Shown here: positions 10,273 to 19,374 of the stretch, in pieces
Position numbering within the stretch: the stretch's first letter is position 1
Layout of the letters: each line of letters opens with the position of its first letter
Assembly (NCBI GenBank): GCA_002742885.1
Contig: PDOO01000029.1
Coordinates: forward strand, 9,043-73,042
From: Candidatus Cloacimonadota bacterium
Lineage (GTDB): Bacteria > Cloacimonadota > Cloacimonadia > Cloacimonadales > GCA-2742885
Direction: 5' to 3'
DNA: 64,000 bases
Program-made: the position numbers and the translations under genes
Notes under the pieces: generated by a model
Databases searched by the model: none
Seen by the model: the letters and a program-made list of their open reading frames with translations, nothing else
Told to the model about the DNA's origin: nothing

Positions 10273-11094
10273 TTACTCCTTAAATAATAATGATATGTCC
10301 ATTGATTTACATGAATGCGTTAACGCTCCGCTGGATATGTAATCAACCCCTGTTTCGGCAATTTCTCTTATTTTTTCGAGAGTAACGTTGCCGGATGCTT
10401 CCAATTCAACGATACCTCCGTATTTTTCGACTGCTTTTTTCATCTCTTGAATTGACATGTTATCAAGCATAACTCTGTCAACTTTTGCTCTGACAGCTTC
10501 ATCAAGTTCTTCTGAGTTTGTTACTTCCGCTTCAATTTTATACGTTGTGTTATTTTTTTTGATCAGTTCCGTCGCTTTGGTGATTGAGCCGGCTGCTCTG
10601 ATATGGTTTTCTTTGAGCATTATCATGTCAAAAAGACCGAAACGATGGTTAAATCCGCCTCCCGTTTTTACAGAATATTTTTCAAGAAAACGCAAGCCCG
10701 GGGTTGTTTTTCTGGTATCCAGAATCTTTGCTTTTGTACCGGAAACGGCTTTTACCAGACGATTGGTTGCGGAAGCTATTCCGCTCATTCTTTGCAGAAA
10801 ATTAAGGGCAACTCTTTCGCCTTTGAGAATAGACGAAGCATTACCTTTTATTTTGATGATTTCTTCGCCTTTTTTTACTGCATCGCCGTCTTTGCAATAG
10901 GCGATAATGTTGATTTGCGGATCAACTTGCCTGAAGACTTCTCGCACTGTTTCCAAACCGGCAATTATTCCGTCTTCTTTTGCAATCAAAAATGCCGAAA
11001 CCTGCTTGACTCCGAGTTCGAGATATTCTGTTGAAATGTCTCCGTGTCCGAGATCTTCTTTCAATCCTAATGCCACAATTTCAGATATGTTCAT
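10273..11094 (-). CDS. nadC: nicotinate-nucleotide pyrophosphorylase (carboxylating)
   Basis: 'LKEDLGHGDISTE', 'ILDTRKTTPGLR' and 'GGGFNHRFGLFDMIMLKENH' are NadC hallmarks. I chose the internal ATG (MNISEIV, preceded by GGAAG) over the track start at 11166, because the extra 24 aa look non-native. Confidence 0.85.
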   Translation of the reverse strand: MNISEIVALGLKEDLGHGDISTEYLELGVKQVSAFLIAKEDGIIAGLETVREVFRQVDPQINIIAYCKDGDAVKKGEEIIKIKGNASSILKGERVALNFLQRMSGIASATNRLVKAVSGTKAKILDTRKTTPGLRFLEKYSVKTGGGFNHRFGLFDMIMLKENHIRAAGSITKATELIKKNNTTYKIEAEVTNSEELDEAVRAKVDRVMLDNMSIQEMKKAVEKYGGIVELEASGNVTLEKIREIAETGVDYISSGALTHSCKSMDISLLFKE

Positions 11095-11171
11095 ATAACT
11101 TCCCGAATAAAAATATTTATGTTTCCGATATATAAGCTTTTGATTAAAGAAACAATATCTTTGCATGAAAA

Positions 11172-11210
11172 AAGCATTTATCCCTAAATCAGGAATAAAT
11201 GCTTAATGAG
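11172..11210 (-). terminator. rho-independent terminator-like hairpin between uvrB and nadC
   Basis: The minus strand reads AAGCAUUUAU-12 nt-AUAAAUGCUU followed by UUUU. This is a perfect 10-bp stem. Confidence 0.55.
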
Positions 11211-11490
11211 TTTCAATCTTCTGTCGTAAAATTTTCTTATCTTTAATCATAAGTTATAATCTCCTTACGGATTACAAAAAAATAGGTAAAATACTTATGT
11301 CAATTAAAAAAATAAATTTTAGCCGAATGTCTTTTACGGCGTAAATTAAGTTAAGTTAATTTTTATTTTCAAAGCATATTTAAACATATTTGATATTTTT
11401 CGGAAACGTTATCTCAGTTAATTTTTATGCCTGATAAATCGTTGTTTTGCGTAAGGGTGAAAATGAATTTATTTGTTTGATTGAAGAAAA

Positions 11491-13506
11491 TTACAAGTCC
11501 AAAAGACTTTGCATTTCCGAAATTCTGTCCCTAAGCTCGGCGGCTTTTTCAAATTCCAGTTTTTCGGCGGCTTTATTCATTTCTTTTTCCAGCAGAGCAA
11601 TTACTTTTTCAGGATTATCAAGATGCAGATATTCTTCGAAATTATCTTTTCCTGATTCTGATTTTGACTTTGTATTTTTGGCATTGTAGGGAGCATAGCC
11701 CTCAGCAACTCTTGTGGAACTCATGATTTGTTCTGTTGTCTTAAAAATAGTTTCAGGCGTAATATTATGTATTTTATTGTATTCTGTTTGTTTTTTCCTT
11801 CTTCTGTTTGTTTCTTCTATGGTTTCTCTTATGGAATCTGTAATTTTATCGGCATAAAAAATAACTCTTCCGTTCGCATTGCGAGCAGCGCGTCCGGCGG
11901 TTTGAATTAAGGATCGGGAAGAACGCAAGAATCCTGTTTTATCGGCATCCAGAATGGCAACCAAAGAGACTTCCGGCATATCAAGACCCTCTCTAAGCAG
12001 GTTTACGCCGATCAAAACATCAAATTCCCCGAGTCTGAAATCTCGAATAACTCCCGAACGCTCGATTGCCGACAATTCGCTGTGCAGATATCTTGCTTTT
12101 ATTCCTGCATCGGTCATATATTTGCTTAAATCTTCCGACATTCTTTTTGTTAAAGCAGTAACCAGAATTTTTTCGCCTTTTTCGTAAGTTAAACGGCATT
12201 CCTCAAGTAAATCGTCAACTTGTGAAGCAACGGGTTTTATAATAATTTCCGGATCGAGAAGTCCCGTCGGACGTATTACCTGTTCGACAAAAACGCCTTC
12301 CGTTTTTTCCAATTCGTAGTTGCCGGGAGTGGCAGAAACAAAAATAACTTGATTTATATGATCTTCAAATTCATTAAATTTTAAAGGACGATTGTCGAAA
12401 GCGGACGGCAGACGAAATCCGTATTCCACCAAACTTTTTTTACGGCTGTAATCTCCGCTGTACATAGCGTGAAACTGAGGAAGAGTAACGTGAGATTCGT
12501 CTATTACAAGAAGATAATCTTTCGGGAAGTAATCAATCAGACAAAAAGGAGGTTCTCCCTTTTGGGCGCCGGTTAAGTGGCGCGAATAATTTTCAATTCC
12601 TGAACAATACCCCAATTCTTTCAACATTTCCGCATCAAATTTTGTTCTTTGTTCCAATCGTTGCGCTTCAACGAATTTTCCTGCGTCCAAAAAATTCGCT
12701 ACGCATTCGTTAAGTTCTTTTTGAATGGATAAAACCGCTTTTTCAAGCATTTCTTTGGATGTAATAAAATGGTTGGCAGGATAAACGGCATATTCGTCCA
12801 CTTCCTCTAAAATATGATTATCAATGGGGTTTATTCTGGAAATTCTTTCTATTTCGTCACCGAAAAATTCAACTCTTATCGAATGCTCCATATAGGCGGG
12901 ATAAATATCTACAACATCTCCCGTTACTCGAAACGCTCCTCTCTGAAAGGCAACGTCATTTCTGGAATAATGAATATTTATCAATTTTTTGAGTAATTCG
13001 TTTCTTTCGATTGTTTCGCCGACTTTTATGGGAATTTGAGCCTGGCGGTATTCTTCCGGAATCCCCAATCCGTAGATACAGGAAACGCTTGCCACTATGA
13101 TAACGTCTCTGCGTTCCGTCAGGGACATGGTTGCGTGAAGTCGCAATTTTTCTATTTCGTCGTTTATGTCCGAATCTTTTTCAATATAAACGTCTTTTCC
13201 CGGTATATAAGCTTCAGGCTGATAGTAATCGTAATAACTTATGAAAAATTCAACTGCATTTTCGGGAAACAATTGTTTAAATTCGCCGTAAAGCTGGGCT
13301 GCTAATGTTTTATTGTGAGAAATGACGAGAGTCGGTTTATTCACTTTTTCGATTGTATTGGCAACAGTAAACGTTTTGCCTGAACCGGTTACGCCGAGCA
13401 AAGTTTGAAATTTCTCTCCTCGCAATACGCCTTCGGTGAGTTCCCGAATCGCCTGAATTTGATCTCCCTCAGGTTTATATTTTGAAAATAATTTAAACTT
13501 GTTCAT
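11491..13506 (-). CDS. uvrB: excinuclease ABC subunit B
   Basis: 671 aa. 'GVTGSGKTFT' Walker A, 'DESHVT', helicase motifs and the C-terminal UVR motif 'EFEKAAELRDRI'. Confidence 0.95.
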   Translation of the reverse strand: MNKFKLFSKYKPEGDQIQAIRELTEGVLRGEKFQTLLGVTGSGKTFTVANTIEKVNKPTLVISHNKTLAAQLYGEFKQLFPENAVEFFISYYDYYQPEAYIPGKDVYIEKDSDINDEIEKLRLHATMSLTERRDVIIVASVSCIYGLGIPEEYRQAQIPIKVGETIERNELLKKLINIHYSRNDVAFQRGAFRVTGDVVDIYPAYMEHSIRVEFFGDEIERISRINPIDNHILEEVDEYAVYPANHFITSKEMLEKAVLSIQKELNECVANFLDAGKFVEAQRLEQRTKFDAEMLKELGYCSGIENYSRHLTGAQKGEPPFCLIDYFPKDYLLVIDESHVTLPQFHAMYSGDYSRKKSLVEYGFRLPSAFDNRPLKFNEFEDHINQVIFVSATPGNYELEKTEGVFVEQVIRPTGLLDPEIIIKPVASQVDDLLEECRLTYEKGEKILVTALTKRMSEDLSKYMTDAGIKARYLHSELSAIERSGVIRDFRLGEFDVLIGVNLLREGLDMPEVSLVAILDADKTGFLRSSRSLIQTAGRAARNANGRVIFYADKITDSIRETIEETNRRRKKQTEYNKIHNITPETIFKTTEQIMSSTRVAEGYAPYNAKNTKSKSESGKDNFEEYLHLDNPEKVIALLEKEMNKAAEKLEFEKAAELRDRISEMQSLLDL

Positions 13507-13515
13507 TGAGTTTTT

Positions 13516-13995
13516 TTAACGATATATTTTAAAATTAAAAAAGTTGCTTTTTTTATTGAGCGGAATTTTTAAATTAATGAAATTACCTGTTTCCGTTGCT
13601 TTTTTTATATTTGTCGAAATAATTAAGTAATCGGTAAGATTTACTTTGTATAAGTCTTTATAAATATATTTATTGTAAAAATCTATCGGCAAATAATCCA
13701 TTGTTGCGTCAAAAGAACTCCAATCGGCAAGAAAAGGATATTCCATAAGAATGTTAAGCATAATCTCGTTTTTGCATAAAAGACCGCGGTTATTTCTTCC
13801 GGTCGGATTGGTAAGAAAAATGCTGAGAGGCTCCTTCGCAGGATAATTTCTGAAAAATTGAACCTTAATTCTGTTTTTTTTCGGAATAAATACAGGAGTG
13901 TAAGAGAGCTTTTGCAACAAAGAGTCTTCATCCAAGGCAAGGCATGAACAAATAAAAAAAATAAATATTGCAAAACTAATAGTGAGACGGATCAT
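13516..13995 (-). CDS. hypothetical exported protein
   Basis: It has an N-terminal hydrophobic signal-like segment (MIRLTISFAIFIFFICSCLAL). I recognise no family. Its start overlaps the rsmE stop by 20 nt. Confidence 0.5.
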   Translation of the reverse strand: MIRLTISFAIFIFFICSCLALDEDSLLQKLSYTPVFIPKKNRIKVQFFRNYPAKEPLSIFLTNPTGRNNRGLLCKNEIMLNILMEYPFLADWSSFDATMDYLPIDFYNKYIYKDLYKVNLTDYLIISTNIKKATETGNFINLKIPLNKKSNFFNFKIYR

Positions 13996-14707
13996 TTTCC
14001 AAAAGTTTTCCTAAGATTACAGATGCAAAATTTACGGCTGCGGTTTCTGCTCTGAGAATATGATTGCCGAGTGTTATTTGAGAAATATTTTCTCTTGTAA
14101 AAAATTCTCTTTCTTCCGGAGAAAATCCGCCTTCAGGTCCTATTGCGAAACAAAGATTTTCCTTCTTGTCCCAACAATCGGCAAGAGTATTTTCCGGTTG
14201 AAGTTCTGAGGCTGTTATTATTTTATATTGTTTTGATTTAATAAATTTAATCTGTTCCGTAAGTTTCCGAGGTTCATAGATTTTCGGAAGATAAGCGTTA
14301 TCGCATTGCTTGATGGCGGAAATTGCTGTTTTTGTCATTTTCTCCGCCGTATTTGAATTGGGTTTTCTTACTGTAAATTGTGAGATAAAAGGATAAAATT
14401 CAGATATTCCGAGTTCTGTTAATTTTTCTATGATCATAAAATCATGCTTTGATCTCAATAACGAAAAAGCGCAAGCGATTATCGGTTTTGATTTTAATTT
14501 TTTTTCCGATTTCAGTATTTTGCAAATTACTTCTTTTTTATTTGTTGCAATTATCTGAGCCGAAATGAGAAGACCTTTTCCGTTTGTAACCTGAACAGTG
14601 TCTCCGTTTTTTTTTCGGAATACATTCAGGATATGATGCGCTTCTTCTCCTTTAATATTTACTGTTCCGGATGTTAAATCCGTATATTCGCTGTAAAATC
14701 CCGACAT
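13976..14707 (-). CDS. rsmE: 16S rRNA (uracil1498-N3)-methyltransferase
   Basis: 243 aa. N-terminal PUA-like 'EEAHHILNVFRKKNGD' and a C-terminal SPOUT knot 'FAIGPEGGFSPEE...LGNHILRAETA'. Confidence 0.85.
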   Translation of the reverse strand: MSGFYSEYTDLTSGTVNIKGEEAHHILNVFRKKNGDTVQVTNGKGLLISAQIIATNKKEVICKILKSEKKLKSKPIIACAFSLLRSKHDFMIIEKLTELGISEFYPFISQFTVRKPNSNTAEKMTKTAISAIKQCDNAYLPKIYEPRKLTEQIKFIKSKQYKIITASELQPENTLADCWDKKENLCFAIGPEGGFSPEEREFFTRENISQITLGNHILRAETAAVNFASVILGKLLENDPSHY

Positions 14708-14709
14708 AA

Positions 14710-14737
14710 ATAAAAAAGGCGGGTTAAAGAACCCGCT
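14710..14737 (-). terminator. rho-independent terminator after HU gene
   Basis: The minus strand reads GCGGGUU-CUUU-AACCCGC followed by CUUUUUUAUUU, immediately 3' of the HU stop. Confidence 0.75.
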
Positions 14738-14745
14738 CTTAACAA

Positions 14746-15030
14746 TTATTTTGCAGCTTCAGCTATTTGATCTTTGAAATCTTTAGAAAATTTAATAGAC
14801 GGAACGGTTCTTTCTTCTACTTTAACCGTTTCCCCGGTTTTGGGGTTTCTTGCTTCGCGAGCATTGCGTTTCTTGGTTTTGAAAGTAGCAAAGCCGCGAA
14901 TTTCAATATGATTTCCTTCTTTTAAGGAATTAACTATCGTTTCCAATAATGAATCAACAATAATGGCTACATCTTTACGGATGATTCCTGTCTCAGCCGA
15001 AACACTTTTTACTAAATCCGCTTTGGTCAT
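14746..15030 (-). CDS. hup: HU-family DNA-binding protein
   Basis: 94 aa. 'MTKADLV...', 'GFATFKTKKRNAREARNPKTGETVKVEERTVPSIKFSK' is the classic HU/IHF beta-arm. Confidence 0.9.
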   Translation of the reverse strand: MTKADLVKSVSAETGIIRKDVAIIVDSLLETIVNSLKEGNHIEIRGFATFKTKKRNAREARNPKTGETVKVEERTVPSIKFSKDFKDQIAEAAK

Positions 15031-15498
15031 GTTTTTCTCCTGTTTATATTTTAATCTTATTATATAACTGAACTCTCTAAAAAGAGATACATTATCCGAT
15101 CTTTAAATTTTCGGACGTTTTTTATGTCAATAAATAAATAACTTTAAGGCTTATCGCATAAGTTCTGACAATATATTTTCTTTATTTTAAATGCTTTCTA
15201 AACTTTTTTATGCCTTGCTGAAGAGCTTTGACCTGAAAAATTTGCTCGGCAGTTAAATAAATCGAATCTTGCCTTAAATTAATTCACCGGGTAAAAAAGA
15301 ACAAATTTTTAAATTGAGCAGTTTTATTTTCCGTTAAATTGACAGATATGTTTTTTTAAGTTAAAAAAATTATTTCATTTAATTTTCTGATTAAGCTTAA
15401 CAATAATATGTTTTGTCTGTTTTTTTATTTTTCGGGTTAAATATTTTTTGTTAAAATTTACTTATTGATTAGGTTAGTATAATATTTTTGGAGGTATC

Positions 15499-17772
15499 AT
15501 GATAAAAAAATTAATTTTGCTTGCTTCTTTTTTTATATTGGGGGCAGGTTTAAATGCTCAAAGCGTATTTTTATGGCTAAATGAAAATCCGTCTTTTCAT
15601 TTTGATGATCCCGAAACCGGCGAATACGCTTCATCGGAAGACAGGATTACGGGATTTCTGGATGAAATGAACATAAATTACGACTCTGATTACGAGTTGC
15701 CTGAAGACTTATTGCAATATGATGCCGTACTCGTCTTTCTGGGCGGGTTCTGCGTTTCCTGAGATTGGTGGCCGCCCGGCGCCGTGAGCGTCGAACAACA
15801 AAACGTTTTGGTCAATTATCTTAATGCGGGAAAAGCTCTTTATGTTGAAGGAACCAATATCGGTATTGATTTTGCCGGCACGGAGTTTCTTGCCATGCTG
15901 GGCATAGCTTCCGGCATTCAAGGAGAAGATGAAGAAATAACAGGCGGAATTCGCGGTATTGACGATACTTTTACCGCCGGAAAGAATTACGATTATCGGG
16001 ATGAAAATCCCGGGCAAACGCCTTCTTATTGCATAGGAAGAATGAATCGTTTAACAGCAGGAACAGGAACGGCAATATTGAACTCCGTAAACGGAGATTA
16101 CGTAAGAGCTGTTGCCAATAAAGGCGAAAATTACAGGGCGATAGGTTCAACCGTTATAACCGGAGCGCTCTTTGACGGAGAAAGCGACAACACCAAAAAG
16201 AATTTGTTTCAATTGTATTTATCTTTTCTGTTTGGGCAAACGGAACCGGAATGTTATTCTTCCGAAGATGAAATATCTTTTGGAAATATTGATCCGGGAG
16301 AAACGCCGGAAATTAATTTTTTCCTTCAAAATCAGGGAGAAAATGATTTGAATATTACTGACGTAATTCTTGATTCCGATGATTTTGTTTTAACCGGAGC
16401 CGAATCTGCTTCTCTTGTTTTCGGAGAATCAATTCCTTATTCTGTTCAGCTTAATCCGAACGAAACAGGAATTTTCAGCGTTAATATAGAGATTCATTCC
16501 AATGATCCGGAAGAGCCCGTTAAAATAATTCCCGTAAGCGCGACTGTTCAATATCCGCCTCAACTGAGTATTCCTGCAGAAGAGGTTGCGGATATTAAAT
16601 TCGGGGAAACTAATTATCTGAATTTTAACTTGGAAAATACCGGCGAAGCGGATCTCAGTTATTGGACGAGAATAATCGGATTGTCTGTTAATGCTTCGGG
16701 TGATCCCGATAATTACGGATACAATTGGTGGAAAGCGTCTGATTATCCTGGAGAGCTTTCCGAATGGAACGATATTTCGGAAATAGGCGATTTACATCCG
16801 ATGAACGGTTCAAATACTTTTTATAATCTTGAATTGCCTTTTTTATTCCCGTTTTACGGTAAGCTTAAAACAAACGTAAAAGTTTCGTCCAACGGTTATC
16901 TTACTTTCGGACGAGACGGGATTGATTATTCCAATGACGAAATTCCCAATTCAATAAAACCCAATGATATGATTGCGCCGTTTTGGGACGACTTGAAATC
17001 AAATTCCGGAGATTTATACTCTTATTTTGATGAGGACGGCAAGAAGATTATTATACAATATACGAATTGGGTATTTTATAATGAAACGGGAAATCTCAAT
17101 TTTCAGGTGATATTGCATCAAAACGGAGATATTGAATTTTTATACGGAAATATGGACGGAGAGCTTAACGAAGCGACCGTAGGTATTGAAAATGCCGATG
17201 CTGACGACGGTTTACAGATTGCTTATAATCAAGATTTTGTCGAGAGCAACACTTCCGTTTTTATTTCGCCGAACGCATCATTTATAAAATTGGATGATCC
17301 TCAGGCAATTGTTGAAGCGGGAGTTCCTTTTACCGTAAATTATGCGGTTGACGGAAATCAATTGGCTTTGAACCAGTCTTACAATGCTGAAATTGAATTT
17401 TACTCAAATGATCCTGATGATTCTCTTAAAACTTTGCCTTTGACGTTAAATGTTATTCAGGTTGCCAACGATAATGATATTGCTGAATATAAATCGGAAG
17501 CAAATATTTATCCTAATCCTTTTATTGCAACCGGAAGCAGAGCAAATATTACAATATCTTTTTCTCTTCCTGAAGACTCGCCTGTCGAGATCGGAGTTTA
17601 TAATATTAAAGGTCAGAAAGTTTACGAGCAAAAGATTCCTGAAATAAAATCCGGAAAACATATTCTCGAATTAAAATCCGAATTTTCCGAACGTAGTGTC
17701 AGCGGAATTTACTTCGTTAATCTGAAAACTCAAACAAACCGGTTAAATAAAAAAATATTGCTTGTGAAGTAA
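15499..17772 (+). CDS. candidate selenoprotein: secreted multidomain T9SS cargo with in-frame TGA (residue 88) in a C-V-S-U motif
   Basis: Track ORFs 15499..15762 and 15784..17772 are in the same frame, separated only by TGA 15760-15762. The first has SD GGAGG plus a signal peptide but no sorting domain. The second has a T9SS C-terminal domain but no signal peptide, no SD and only a GTG start. See the finding for details. Confidence 0.6.
15777..15793 (+). promoter_or_regulatory. SECIS-like hairpin downstream of TGA 15760
   Basis: CGGCGC-CGUGA-GCGUCG forms a 6-bp stem (one G:U) with a 5-nt G-containing loop, starting 14 nt after the TGA. It lies in a locally very GC-rich patch of an AT-rich gene. 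Confidence 0.4.
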
Positions 17773-17799
17773 TTTCGGTTACGCGCAAAATAACTTATT

Positions 17800-17835
17800 T
17801 CCCTCGCTTTTTTATGATTGCGAGAGATTTTTTTT
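17800..17835 (+). terminator. rho-independent terminator
   Basis: UCCCUCGC-12 nt-GCGAGAGA (8 bp, one mismatch) followed by U8, 28 nt after the stop codon. Confidence 0.65.
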
Positions 17836-18371
17836 GTTTATCTCTATGTTTTACTTCATGCTTCATATTAAAAATGTATGATTGCATAAATAATTATTGT
17901 TAATGTGTTTATTTTGATATTTAAGGATATTTTTCATTCCGGGGTTTCGTAAATTACAGCTTAAGTAAAACGGCTGAACCGGGCGACGGGAAAAAGTGCG
18001 GATTATCTGTCTGAGATAAGCATAACTTATAAGATTAAAAAATCTTGCAAAATGAAACACGGATATTTTTATTAATTAATTATCCCTATTATTCGGAACC
18101 GAGTGTTTATTTATTATTTTTTTTGTTTTTATTTTAAAAATTAACTATTATAAGAGAACAATTATTTGACAATAAAACGAATATTTGTTTTTGATCCGAA
18201 AAAATAAAAAAATTATTGTTTTTTATACGCAGAATAATATTTTAAATGTTGTAATCTTTTTTATTAAAATGAAATAAGTGATTGCCATCCGAGATAAATT
18301 TATTTTCTTTAAGATAAACCGGATTATATTTTAATGCAAAGTAAAGCATAAAAATAAGGGAGATTATCGGA

Positions 18372-19325
18372 ATGTTAAAAAAAATAATAAAGTACGCATT
18401 GCTTTCGGCTGTTGTTTTATTGCTCGGCTGTGAAGCGGATTCTCAATCGGTAAACAGTTCCGATCTTTTGATAAGAACAATTTTGGATAAAATAACAACT
18501 GATTTCAATAACAGCAATTACGAAGAAATTATGAGTTACTATGCCGATGATTTTTTGCATAACGGTAAAACCAAAGATCATGTTTTCAGCGAGTGGCAAA
18601 GTTATTATGTCAATTTTGACTATATGGAGACGGAAAATATAGAAATTGATATTGATTACGATGAAGCTGTTGTCTCATTCAGAATCGAATTCAGCTCTAG
18701 TGATGAAACTCAGGTTTTTACTGAACCTTACGACAACGGATTTATGTCTTACTTCAAGAAAATAAACGGAGAATGGATGATTTACGGTAACAGGGAGTCG
18801 GGAAATTCTATAGTCGGGTTTCCTTTTAAAATTGCCAGTAATCCTCCGGGAGCTCAAATTTATTTTGACAATAATCGAATTTTTCAACAAACTCCGGTTA
18901 TGTTGCAGGATATTCCTTCCGGCGATCATAAGATAAGACTTTTTTTACCGGGTTACAACGAAACTGAAGTCAGCGTAAATGTTCCCGGTCAATTATCTGT
19001 TGATCTTAATCTCAGTCATCCGAATTATCCTTATGCCGAATTTTATGATTTTTCTCCCGGCGAAGATCAGGTTGTAGAGCATAATTTTTATGTTATAACG
19101 GGTTTGCTGCGTTTGAAAAAATCAGATAATCATACGGATTTATTTCCCGGCGGAGAGATTATTCTTAACTTAAACGGTCAGGAAACCTCTCATTCTTTGC
19201 TAAACGGTCAATTCAGAGCAGAAGTAAATTTACGGGCAGGAACAAATCGTTATTTTTTGAGATGTTCGGATCCTGAAGGAAATACCGGAATGTCTGAGGT
19301 TATTTCTTTTGAAGCTGAATTTTAG
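18372..19325 (+). CDS. lipoprotein with SnoaL/DUF4440-like N-domain and PEGA domain
   Basis: Lipobox-like 'VLLLGC'. The PEGA-type segment is 'SNPPGAQIYFDNNRIFQQTPVMLQDIPSGDHKIRLFLPGYNETEVSV'. Confidence 0.6.
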   Translation: MLKKIIKYALLSAVVLLLGCEADSQSVNSSDLLIRTILDKITTDFNNSNYEEIMSYYADDFLHNGKTKDHVFSEWQSYYVNFDYMETENIEIDIDYDEAVVSFRIEFSSSDETQVFTEPYDNGFMSYFKKINGEWMIYGNRESGNSIVGFPFKIASNPPGAQIYFDNNRIFQQTPVMLQDIPSGDHKIRLFLPGYNETEVSVNVPGQLSVDLNLSHPNYPYAEFYDFSPGEDQVVEHNFYVITGLLRLKKSDNHTDLFPGGEIILNLNGQETSHSLLNGQFRAEVNLRAGTNRYFLRCSDPEGNTGMSEVISFEAEF

Positions 19326-19374
19326 TTAAATATCAGCGTTTTATGGAAAAAATATAGAAATAAGGAGAGTTTTA

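Noticed and set aside
10273-11166. A longer nadC start (track Met at 11166).
   Set aside because: The extra 24 residues 'MQRYCFFNQKLIYRKHKYFYSGSY' are unlike NadC N-termini. The internal ATG at 11094 has a GGAAG SD and gives the normal 'ISE..LKEDLG' beginning.
15499-17772. An alternative reading of the TGA-split locus as two independent genes or a dead pseudogene.
   Set aside because: I did not fully exclude this, but it is disfavoured. The downstream ORF would start at a GTG with no SD and would lack a signal peptide despite carrying a T9SS sorting domain. The upstream 87-aa piece would be a signal peptide plus a fragment. There is a single lesion, it is TGA inside a CxxU context, and a positioned GC hairpin follows it in a Sec-decoding organism.
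17863-18060. A 65-aa minus-strand ORF and a mildly GC-richer patch (about 17938..18030) in the 600-nt gap before 18372. I considered an sRNA or riboswitch.
   Set aside because: The ORF has no SD and a low-complexity, unlikely composition. The patch matches no riboswitch or SRP, 6S or tmRNA core that I can recall, and no convincing helix was found.
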